A stretch of 32,000 nucleotides of DNA from Alkalilimnicola ehrlichii MLHE-1 (GTDB taxonomy: Bacteria; Pseudomonadota; Gammaproteobacteria; Nitrococcales; Halorhodospiraceae): NCBI RefSeq assembly GCF_000014785.1, contig NC_008340.1, forward strand, positions 150,001 to 182,000. Direction: 5' to 3'. How positions within the stretch are numbered: the first letter of the stretch is position 1; each line of letters starts with the position of its first letter. This document shows, piece after piece, positions 17,494 through 24,881 of this stretch. The notes below the pieces were generated by a model. That model ran no database searches. It saw nothing but the letters and a program-made list of their open reading frames with translations, and had not been told where the DNA came from. The translations under genes and the position numbers were made by a program.

Positions 17494-19026
17494 TCAGAAT
17501 TCCTTGGTGAAGGTGGCGAGCAGCGCGTTCTCGCGATACTCCGCCGCCCGCTCGGACGACTCCCGTTGCTGATGGCGGTAGCTCAGGGTCGCGCGGGCGT
17601 CCGGGGTCAGCTGCCGGGAGATGGCGGCGCGCAGCCCCCACAGGTCGTCCTGGCGCTCATCGGCGAAATCGGAGCGCGAGAACCGGGCGCTCAGGGTGGT
17701 GTTGGTCCTGGGGCCGAGTGCCCAGGTCCAGCTCGCGTTGCCGCCCCGGGTCTGGCGGTCGGATTCAAACAGACCGCCCGGCTGGCCGCTGATGTCCGTC
17801 TCGGACTCACGCCGGGTGTGGAAGCCGCTCAGCCGGAAGGTGCTGCGACCGGTCTGGTACTGCCAGGCGCCGCGCCAGCTCTGCACGAAGAAAAAGCTCT
17901 GTACCCGGGCCTCGTCGATGTAGTCGTCGATGTTGTCGATAGGGATGTTGAGGTTGCCCTCGTCGTCGAAGATGCCGCCTTCGCCGATGAGATCGATGAT
18001 CTCCTGGAGCAACAAGTCCTCCCGGAAGAACTGCGTGGTCCGCTGGGTGGAGGTGATGCGCTCGCTATAACTGAGCCGGTAGCTGGCGCGCCGGCTGGCG
18101 TGTCGGGCGCTAATGGCGCGGTTCTTGCCGAAATAGCGTTCGCCGTAACTGGCCTGGACGCTGGTGGCCCGTGTGGGTGTCCAGGTGGCCCCCACCTCCC
18201 AGAAGGTGTCGTCCTCGTCGTCCCGCAGGGTCTCGAAGTTGTTGTAATCCCGGCCCACCTGGACGTAACTGCTGAAAAAGCGGCTGAATTGGTACCCCGC
18301 GGTGCCGGACACCGAGCCGAACTCGCCGGTGGGCGCGTTGTCGAACCGCTCCTCCCGGTAATCCGCAGCCAGTTGCCAGAAAGGGCGGTTGAAGGCCGGG
18401 CCGCTGTTCAGCTGATAGCTGGTCGCGTGGGTGTGGCTGTCGCCCTGGGTGCTGCGGTGGTTGAGCACCTCGCTGAAGCGGTAGCGCAACTGCTGGGTGG
18501 CGAACCGCCCGTAGCGGGTGATCAGGTAGGGGCTGATGCTGTAGCGAGTGGTCTCGCGGAGGTTCTCCCGGGGCGTGGAACCGCCCACGCCCACCGGACC
18601 GAGCAGAGAGTCGGCCTGTTCGGTGCGCAGGGCGGTGGCCTCGATAAAGAAGGTCTCGCGGATCACTTCCGCGGTGCCAGTCCCGGCCAGCCGGTGGCTG
18701 GTGCGGTCCTGGCCGGTCTCGCGGGCGTAGAAGCGGTTGTTCATCGAATAGTTGATCGACGCCTGGAGCCGGCCGTCATCCCGGCGCAGGCTGAAACCGG
18801 GGTTGACGCTGGTGATGAAGTCCCACTCCTCGCTGCCCCGCGGCGCCAGGGTGGCGTTGTCCGTCAGCTCGCCGGTCACGCTCACCCTCGGGGTGAACGT
18901 CCAATTGGCCGTCGCCGTCGTCGGCAGGGCGAGCCCGGCGATGACCAGGCCCAGCGCCACCAGAGTGGGGTTTCCGCATGCCCGCCGGGCGACGCCGGCT
19001 GACGCTATCCTTTCCCTACTCGCCAT
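17494..19026 (-). CDS. PEP-CTERM system-associated outer-membrane beta-barrel protein
   Basis: ORF 17494..19065. I prefer ATG 19026 (GGAAGG SD about 7 nt upstream; the 19065 start has none). Signal peptide MASRERIASAGVARRACGNPTLVALGLVIAGLALPTTATA/NW. Alternating beta-strand pattern rich in Y/R/S/T, with a terminal aromatic ...ATFTKEF typical of OM barrels. Confidence 0.8.
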   Translation of the reverse strand: MASRERIASAGVARRACGNPTLVALGLVIAGLALPTTATANWTFTPRVSVTGELTDNATLAPRGSEEWDFITSVNPGFSLRRDDGRLQASINYSMNNRFYARETGQDRTSHRLAGTGTAEVIRETFFIEATALRTEQADSLLGPVGVGGSTPRENLRETTRYSISPYLITRYGRFATQQLRYRFSEVLNHRSTQGDSHTHATSYQLNSGPAFNRPFWQLAADYREERFDNAPTGEFGSVSGTAGYQFSRFFSSYVQVGRDYNNFETLRDDEDDTFWEVGATWTPTRATSVQASYGERYFGKNRAISARHASRRASYRLSYSERITSTQRTTQFFREDLLLQEIIDLIGEGGIFDDEGNLNIPIDNIDDYIDEARVQSFFFVQSWRGAWQYQTGRSTFRLSGFHTRRESETDISGQPGGLFESDRQTRGGNASWTWALGPRTNTTLSARFSRSDFADERQDDLWGLRAAISRQLTPDARATLSYRHQQRESSERAAEYRENALLATFTKEF

Positions 19027-19972
19027 AAGGCCCCTTCCCGTAGCCCTGGGAATAGTAACCGCCATAGCCGCCCAGACCCGGGAGGCGGGTGGCCTTGTTT
19101 AAGGTGGTCAGCACTACGTCGCAGTGCTGCAGTTGCTCCATGGCGCGCTCCAGGGAAGTCCTGGGCGTGTGCTCCGCCTCCACCACCATGATGATCTGGC
19201 CCATGTGGCCGGCCAGCACCCCGGGCTCACTGGTGGCCAGCAGCGGTGGAGAGTCGAACAGGATGATGCGGTCGTCGTAGCGGTCGTGCAGTTCGTCCAG
19301 GATCTGCATCATCGCCTCGCTGGCCAACAGCTCGGTGGAGCGGCCGTGGGGACGCCCGGCGGGCAGCACGCTGAGATTGGGGATGCTGGTGCGCAGCAGC
19401 ACATCGGGGATCTCGATGTCGGGCTCGGTCAGGACATCCATCAGGCCCCGGTCGCTCTGAAAACCCAGGGTGTGGGGGACGGCCGGACGGGCCACGTCCG
19501 CATCAACCAGCAGCACCGTGCGGTCGACCTCCATGGCCATACTCAGGGCTAGGTTCACCGTGGTGAACGTCTTGCCCTCACGGGGCAGCGAGCTGGTCAC
19601 CATCACCAGGCGACCCTTGGGCACGCGCATGGCGTTGCTGCGGCCGAAGGCGTTGTCGAGGATCGGCCGCTTCATCATGCGGAACTCCTCGGCCAAGCCC
19701 GAACGCCGCTCGTTGGGCACGATGATGCCCTGCTTGCGCAGCCAGGCGAAGTCGATCTCGACCTGCTGGGATCGCTCCACCGGTGGCGGGGCCTTAGCCG
19801 CCGCCTTTAGTTGCGGTTGCGGGGCGGGGTCGCTGGTCGCGCCTACGGACTCCCCGGACCCCAGAGGCGCATCGGCAACCTCCGGCGCGGCGGACGTCGC
19901 CGTCCCTTGCCCTTCCTTATGCTGCTCGCGGGCGGTGCGGCTTTTGTTCAGTGCCTTTTCGATGATACTCAC
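19016..19972 (-). CDS. epsG: Exopolysaccharide / PEP-CTERM locus tyrosine autokinase (BY-kinase catalytic subunit, EpsG-like)
   Basis: 318-aa ORF with a GTG start (MSIIEKALNK...). Walker A VMVTSSLPREGKTF, Walker A' LLVDADVARP, Walker B IILFDSPPLL. Tyr-rich tail GGYGGYYSQGYGKGPYGE. Confidence 0.85.
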   Translation of the reverse strand: MSIIEKALNKSRTAREQHKEGQGTATSAAPEVADAPLGSGESVGATSDPAPQPQLKAAAKAPPPVERSQQVEIDFAWLRKQGIIVPNERRSGLAEEFRMMKRPILDNAFGRSNAMRVPKGRLVMVTSSLPREGKTFTTVNLALSMAMEVDRTVLLVDADVARPAVPHTLGFQSDRGLMDVLTEPDIEIPDVLLRTSIPNLSVLPAGRPHGRSTELLASEAMMQILDELHDRYDDRIILFDSPPLLATSEPGVLAGHMGQIIMVVEAEHTPRTSLERAMEQLQHCDVVLTTLNKATRLPGLGGYGGYYSQGYGKGPYGE

Positions 19973-19986
19973 GTCTTGGCAGACCT

Positions 19987-21498
19987 CTAACCGGAGAAGT
20001 AAACGCCGACCACCACGAAGAACGCGACCAGCAGGCTGCCGGTGGCGGTGGCGAAGACCAACAGCTCCAGCATGCGCCGCCGGCGGCGGATCGGGGTCCG
20101 CACGCGGGAGACCTGCCCCAGCACCGGGCGCCCGGTCAGTTCGGCCAGTTGACTGTTGCTGTTCACGGTGCCGCGCAGCTGCGCCAGCAGGAAGGCAAAA
20201 CCGCCGCCGGCACCCAGCCCCAGGATGAGCACCATGCTGGCCAGTGCCGGCCGGTTGGGTGAGGCCGGGTTGCTGGGCAGACGCGGCGGCTCGAGCACGC
20301 GGAAGTCCACCGAGTCGGTCTGCGTCTCCACCTCTCCGGACATGATCGCCCGCTCCCGGGTGCTGAGCAGCTGGCGGTAGCTGTTCTTCAGTACGTCGTA
20401 ATTGCGGGTCAACGACGTGAATTCGGATTCCACCGCCGGCACCCGGTCCACCTGCGCCTCCAGGCGGGCGACCCGGTCCTCGAACTCCTCGACCCGTGTC
20501 TCCAGCGCCGCCGCGCGACTCTGCGCCTCGGCCAGGGCCATCTGCAGCGGATGCTGGGACTGGCTGGCGCCGTCTAGGCCGTCGGCGCCGGAGGCCGCGA
20601 ACTGCTCCGCCTCCTCGGCCATCTGGGTGCGCAACTCGTCCAGCACCCGGCGGGCCGACTTCACATCGGGGTGCTCGTCGGTATACCGCTGGCGCAGGGT
20701 GTCCAGCTCGCTCTCAAGGCGGCTGATGCGCTGTTTCAGCTCAGGGTTCTCGTACCCCAGGCCGTCAGCCGACGTGCCGCCCTCGCGGATGCGTTGGGCA
20801 AAGGTGTTCACCCGGCGCTGTACCTCCCGGTGTTCCAGCCGGGCTTGCTCCAGACGCTCCTTGGCCTGCTCCAGGCGGTTGTAGAAGCTGCCGCCGGCGC
20901 TCAGATAGGCCGCGTTATCGCGCTTGAACTGCTCGATCTCAGCCTCTTTCTCCTCCAGTTGCCGCTCGTAGTTCTCCAGCTGGCGCTCGATGAACTGCCG
21001 GGAGCTGGTCAGGTCCAGCCGGGAGTCGCCCAGGCCGCGTTCCATGAAGAGATTGACTGTCTCCTGAACGACGCGGTGGGCCACCTCCGGGTCGCCGTGG
21101 CGGAAGGAGATGTTGTAAATGTTGTCGCGCTGCCCGCCGTCCAGTGAGAGTCGGGAGCGCAGGACACCCACTTGGCTGTCGATGTTGTCGCTGCCGGTGA
21201 GCACGCCAAGGTCGCTGGCCTCGGCGATGCGCTCCAGGTTGTCGCGGCTGAGCAGGGTGCGGGTCATCATCCGCAACCGCTGCTCGGTGTCGGGCCGCAC
21301 GGTCATACCCCGAAGCAGGGGGTCGAGCACCGACTGGGTGTTGACGTAGACGCGGGCCGACGACTGGTAAGTGTCCGGGATGGTCTGGATATAGGCCCAC
21401 CCCGTCAGACAGATCAGCCACGCGATTGGGATGATCCACCAACGCTTGCGCCAGGTGGCGCGCGCCTGCTGAAGGACCTCCTGATAAATCTTTTCCAT
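19987..21498 (-). CDS. epsF: Polysaccharide chain-length determinant protein, PEP-CTERM locus subfamily (Wzz-domain, EpsF-like)
   Basis: 503-aa ORF. N-terminal TM (WWIIPIAWLICLTGWAYI), a long coiled-coil periplasmic region rich in E/R/L/Q, the proline motif LEPPRLPSNPASPNRP, and a C-terminal TM. This is the first gene of the minus-strand operon. Confidence 0.85.
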   Translation of the reverse strand: MEKIYQEVLQQARATWRKRWWIIPIAWLICLTGWAYIQTIPDTYQSSARVYVNTQSVLDPLLRGMTVRPDTEQRLRMMTRTLLSRDNLERIAEASDLGVLTGSDNIDSQVGVLRSRLSLDGGQRDNIYNISFRHGDPEVAHRVVQETVNLFMERGLGDSRLDLTSSRQFIERQLENYERQLEEKEAEIEQFKRDNAAYLSAGGSFYNRLEQAKERLEQARLEHREVQRRVNTFAQRIREGGTSADGLGYENPELKQRISRLESELDTLRQRYTDEHPDVKSARRVLDELRTQMAEEAEQFAASGADGLDGASQSQHPLQMALAEAQSRAAALETRVEEFEDRVARLEAQVDRVPAVESEFTSLTRNYDVLKNSYRQLLSTRERAIMSGEVETQTDSVDFRVLEPPRLPSNPASPNRPALASMVLILGLGAGGGFAFLLAQLRGTVNSNSQLAELTGRPVLGQVSRVRTPIRRRRRMLELLVFATATGSLLVAFFVVVGVYFSG

Positions 21499-21848
21499 TG
21501 CTGCTCAGACCCCTGCCGGCTATTGGGCCGGCGCGGCACTACGTTGGAACCAGTCCGTCCCGACGGGGACGACGCCTGTCACTTATTCAAGCACAAAAAT
21601 AGCAGTCTGCCCGGCGGATTCAGCGGGCCCTTTAAGGGGGGGCGTGGTGCGCCGGGCGCCCGGCCCCCGGTCTCCACGCATGCGGTGTCGACATCCTTTA
21701 CAACCGTAGGCAGCGGGGTGGGGGTCGGAACAGCGAGAGTGCCAGATTATCGAACTAGTAACAACGATTTATCGATCCCGGTCTGAATATTGCTGGATTG
21801 CATGAAAAATACTCGAAGCCAGCCGCTCGTCTCGGGCAAGGGGATGGA
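21499..21848. promoter_or_regulatory. Divergent intergenic control region between the epsF operon (-) and the PilZ gene (+)
   Basis: 350 bp non-coding with the lowest GC in the window. AT-rich blocks at 21581-21603 and 21745-21812; direct repeat TTATCGA at 21747-21753 and 21769-21775 (22-bp spacing). No promoter hexamers could be assigned confidently. Confidence 0.45.
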
Positions 21849-22421
21849 ATGAACGTAGAAGAACTGGCTGAAGAACTGGCCGATTTTTGGGCCTCAGCGC
21901 TGGTGGAACGCGACTGGGCGGGTCGGCTGGAGCTCATGAACCGGATCCACGAGCAGTTGTATAAGGATCTCGAGGATGAGCGCACCTTCCGTCAGGTCTC
22001 CCTTCATTTCGTGGCCGCCGCCATCCATCGATTGGGCGATCCGCCGGTGACGTCGGATGCCCAGGCCGAAATCTACGCCCAGTCCGCCGACGAGGCCCAT
22101 TGCCAGGCGGCCCGGCTCTGGTGGAAGCATGGTCGTGGCGGGAACGAGGCCGGTGAAGCGGCGGGCGAGGAAAGGCGGCGGTATCAGCGCCGAGTGGTGG
22201 ATGAGCCGAGCCTGGTGTGGATCGGGGAGCACACGGTGGCCTGCCGTCTGGTGGACCTGTCGGCCGGCGGCGCCCGTGTGACCGCCTTCGCGACGGACCT
22301 TGGTGTGGGCACACAGGTGCGGGTGGCCATGCCGGATGGCGAGGTGCAGCCGGCCAAGGTGGTACACGCCAATGCCTGCAGCGCGGGGCTGCGTTTTGAG
22401 CCGGTACAGCGGGCGGCGTGA
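21849..22421 (+). CDS. PilZ-domain (c-di-GMP-binding) protein with an uncharacterised N-terminal domain
   Basis: ORF 21798..22421 trimmed to ATG 21849 (MNVEELAEELADFW...), with an AAGGGGA SD 5 nt upstream. The C-terminal ~70 aa carry both PilZ signatures, RRRYQRR (RxxxR) and DLSAGGARV (DxSxxG). Confidence 0.7.
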   Translation: MNVEELAEELADFWASALVERDWAGRLELMNRIHEQLYKDLEDERTFRQVSLHFVAAAIHRLGDPPVTSDAQAEIYAQSADEAHCQAARLWWKHGRGGNEAGEAAGEERRRYQRRVVDEPSLVWIGEHTVACRLVDLSAGGARVTAFATDLGVGTQVRVAMPDGEVQPAKVVHANACSAGLRFEPVQRAA

Positions 22422-22681
22422 CTGCGCGCGGGTTGGCGGGATAGGGGTGTGGACGGGTGTTGAATGTGCGGAAAGTGGTAAGGACCCTGCCTGATGCCGG
22501 GGGGTACATGCCACGTCGTGCTAAAGATGCCCCTGTTTTTAGTCGTTTTATCGCAGGGACTAACCGTATAGTCTTAGCACTCTGGCTGCGCTTGCGGCCG
22601 ATGCAGGGGGGAGGGTCACCGGACTTGCGGTCCGCCGACGACGCCCTTCTGGCCTTGGGTCGAACCGGTGAACCAGATGCG

Positions 22682-23395
22682 ATGAACAATTTCACACACC
22701 AGGTGGTTCTGGCGGATTGCGCCGCACCCCGGCGTGACCACTTCCGGCTGCGCCATCAGGTCTTCTGCCAGGAGTATCGCTTTGAGCCGCCGGAGCAACA
22801 TCCGGAGGGGCTCGAACGGGATGCCCACGATACCCAGTCCGTCCATTTCCTCGTCGGCCCACCGGACCCGGCATCTCGGGTTGCTACACCCTGGGTCGGC
22901 GCCATGCGGCTGGTCCGCCCCGCGCCCCTGGCATTACCGATGAAGGGGGTGCTCTGCCCTGATGGGGTAGCGGCTGGTGGCTTGGATGGCCGTCACCGCT
23001 CGATCCTGGAGGTCTCCCGCCTGCTGCTCCGGCCCGAGGCCCGGGGTGGCCGCTCGCCGGTGATGATCTACCTCCTGTGCCGTGCCGCTTGGGCCTATGC
23101 CATGCAACACGGGTTTGAGGAGCTCTACTTCATGGTCACGCCCGCCCTGGCCCGGTTCGTGCGCGGCCAGGGGTTACCCCTTCAGGTTTTTGCGCCCCCG
23201 GTGGATCACCGCGGGGTCCGGTTGCCCTGTCGGGTTTCCACCACCGACCTGGGCGCGGGGCTGCGCGTCTGGCGTGGTCGTTTACCCGGCCCGGTCCCGG
23301 CGACCCCATACCTGAGTTATGCCGAGCACGTGGCGAGGCCCGAGGCGGCCGGGTTTTTGGGAGCGGGCGAGTCATGGGCCGTCCGTATGGCTTGA
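22682..23395 (+). CDS. PEP-CTERM/exosortase system-associated acyltransferase, LuxI-fold / N-acyl amino acid synthase-like (divergent paralog 1)
   Basis: ORF 22457..23395 trimmed to ATG 22682 (MNNFTHQVVLADCAAPRRDHFRLRHQVFCQEYRFE...). Retains the motif series FRLRHQVFC, LERDAHD (ExDxxD), GAMRLVRP and LEVSRLLL (ExSR), shared with paralog 2 and with LuxI-type synthases. Confidence 0.75.
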   Translation: MNNFTHQVVLADCAAPRRDHFRLRHQVFCQEYRFEPPEQHPEGLERDAHDTQSVHFLVGPPDPASRVATPWVGAMRLVRPAPLALPMKGVLCPDGVAAGGLDGRHRSILEVSRLLLRPEARGGRSPVMIYLLCRAAWAYAMQHGFEELYFMVTPALARFVRGQGLPLQVFAPPVDHRGVRLPCRVSTTDLGAGLRVWRGRLPGPVPATPYLSYAEHVARPEAAGFLGAGESWAVRMA

Positions 23396-23439
23396 GCGAG
23401 ACCGGGGTTGGCCGATGACCTCCCCGACAGGAGCGAACC

Positions 23440-24195
23440 ATGTCTGATGCGCCTTTGGCCGAGGCCTTTGAAGCCTACTTTGACTACTCGCTGGCCCGCG
23501 GTGATGAGCAGGAGGAGATTCACCGGCTGCGCTATGACGTCTATTGCCGTGAGTTCGGCTTCGAGCGGGAGGAGGACTGCCCCGGGGGGCTGGAGCAGGA
23601 TGAGTTCGATGCCCTCTCATGGCACGGGCTGCTCCGCCACCGTGGCACGGGACGGGCCGCCGGCTGTGTGCGGGTGGTGCCCGCCGACGCCGGGGCACCG
23701 GGTGCCGCCCTGCCCATCGAGAAGCACTGCGGGGAGAGCTTCTTTCACCCGGAACTCCGGCCCGATCTGTTGGAGCGCGAACACGTTTGCGAGGTTTCCC
23801 GGCTGGCGGTGCATGGGGTGTTCCGCCGTCGGCGCGGTGAGTCGAAGACCCCGTTGGGTGACGTGGACGGCCTGGAAATCCCGGCAGAGCATTACCGGAC
23901 CTTTCCCTTGATGGCGGTGAGCCTGTTCATGGCCGCCACCGCCCTGACCGGGTTGACCGGTAAGCACCATGTATTCGCCATGATGGAGCCCCGGCTGGCA
24001 CGCCTGTTGAGCCGCAGCGGATTGGTGTTCGTGCAGGTGGGTGATGTGCTGGACTACCATGGGCTGCGTGCGGCCTTCTATATTCATCGGGACAACGCTG
24101 TACGCGAACTGAAACAGTCCGCGATGCTGAACCGCCTCTACCAGCGGGCGCTGGAACAACTTGGGGAGGGCTTCTACGCCACGACCACGGCCTAG
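23440..24195 (+). CDS. PEP-CTERM/exosortase system-associated acyltransferase, LuxI-fold / N-acyl amino acid synthase-like (paralog 2, family-typical)
   Basis: 251-aa ORF with an AGGAG SD 6 nt upstream. Motifs: HRLRYDVYCREFGFE, LEQDEFD, GCVRVVP, CEVSRLAVHGVFRRRRGE, MEPRLARLL. Confidence 0.8.
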   Translation: MSDAPLAEAFEAYFDYSLARGDEQEEIHRLRYDVYCREFGFEREEDCPGGLEQDEFDALSWHGLLRHRGTGRAAGCVRVVPADAGAPGAALPIEKHCGESFFHPELRPDLLEREHVCEVSRLAVHGVFRRRRGESKTPLGDVDGLEIPAEHYRTFPLMAVSLFMAATALTGLTGKHHVFAMMEPRLARLLSRSGLVFVQVGDVLDYHGLRAAFYIHRDNAVRELKQSAMLNRLYQRALEQLGEGFYATTTA

Positions 24196-24216
24196 GGAGT
24201 CGGGCTCGCCCCCTAC

Positions 24217-24820
24217 GTCACTGCGAGGAGGCGAAGCCGACGTGGCAGTCTACCGCTCTGGATCGCCGCGGGCCTCCGGCCCTCGCGATGACGGGGATGG
24301 CGCCCCCACCGTCACTGCGAGGAGCGAAGCGACGCGGCAGTCCAGGCGCCGCATGGATCGCCACGGGCCTTCGGCCCTCGCGATGACGGGGGAAGGCCTC
24401 CGGCCCTCGCGATGACGGAGAGGAGGCCTCCGGCGCTCGCGATGACGGGGATGGCGCCCCCACCGTCACTGCGAGGAGCGAAGCGACGCGGCAGTCCAGG
24501 CGCCGCATGGATCGCCACGGGCCTCCGGCCCTCGCGATGACGGAGAGGAGGCCTGCGGCCCTCGCGATGACAGGGATGGCGCCCCCACCGTCACTGCGAG
24601 GAGCGAAGCGACGCGGCAGTCCAGGCGCCGCATGGATCGCCACGGGCCTCCGGCCCTCGCGATGACGGAGAGGAGGCCTGCGGCCCTCGCGATGACGGGG
24701 ATGGCGCCCCCAACGTCACTGCGAGGAGCGAAGCGACGCGGCAGTCCAGGCGCCGCTTGGATCGCCACGGGCCTTCGGCCCTCGCGATGACGGGGGAAGG
24801 CCTCCGGCCCTCGCGATGAC
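24217..24820 (+). repeat. Mosaic tandem array of 76-77-nt imperfect-palindrome (hairpin) elements with short half-elements and 18-nt linkers (BIME/REP-like)
   Basis: Long units (GTCACTGCGAGGAGCGAAGCGACGCGGCAGTCC...GGATCGCCACGGGCCTCCGGCCCTCGCGATGAC) at 24217-24292, 24311-24387, 24465-24541, 24590-24666 and 24715-24791. Short units (...GGCCTCCGGCCCTCGCGATGAC) at 24388-24416, 24417-24446, 24542-24571, 24667-24696 and 24792-24820. Linker GGGGATGGCGCCCCCACC at 24293-24310, 24447-24464, 24572-24589 and 24697-24714. The blocks 24465-24589 and 24590-24714 are 123/125 identical. Confidence 0.9.
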
Positions 24821-24881
24821 GAAGGTGGGTGCGCTCGCAACGATGGTTTCTTCACCGCTTCCCGGATGCAGGGAGCCAGCG

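Noticed and set aside
21731-21746. Sigma-54-like element on the minus strand upstream of epsF (TGGCAC-TCTCG-CTGTT)
   Set aside because: The -24 half is perfect, but the -12 element has GT in place of the near-invariant GC. It also lies about 240 nt from the epsF start. This is too weak to call without mapping data.
22531-22558. Possible lux box upstream of the LuxI-like genes (CCCTG...CAGGG)
   Set aside because: Lux boxes have CTG-N10-CAG geometry, whereas here the arms are separated by 18 nt. No LuxR-family gene is present in the window.
22598-22611. Second sigma-54 candidate, TGGCTGCGCTTGC, in the acyltransferase-1 leader
   Set aside because: The GG-to-GC spacing is 10 nt instead of the required 12.
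24217-24820. Possible CRISPR array (regularly spaced repeats)
   Set aside because: The repeats are 76-77 nt (far longer than CRISPR repeats) and strongly palindromic. The 'spacers' are themselves repeated: an identical 18-nt linker and related half-elements. There are no unique spacers, and no cas genes or leader.
24161-24855. ORFs inside the repeat array (24161..24415 +, 24218..24643 -, 24312..24518 -, 24466..24855 -)
   Set aside because: Their translations are just the repeat read in different frames (recurring ...VIARAGG..., ...SLRSSQ, ...GAIPVIARA...). They overlap each other on both strands and lack SD sequences, so they are artefacts of a non-coding palindromic repeat.
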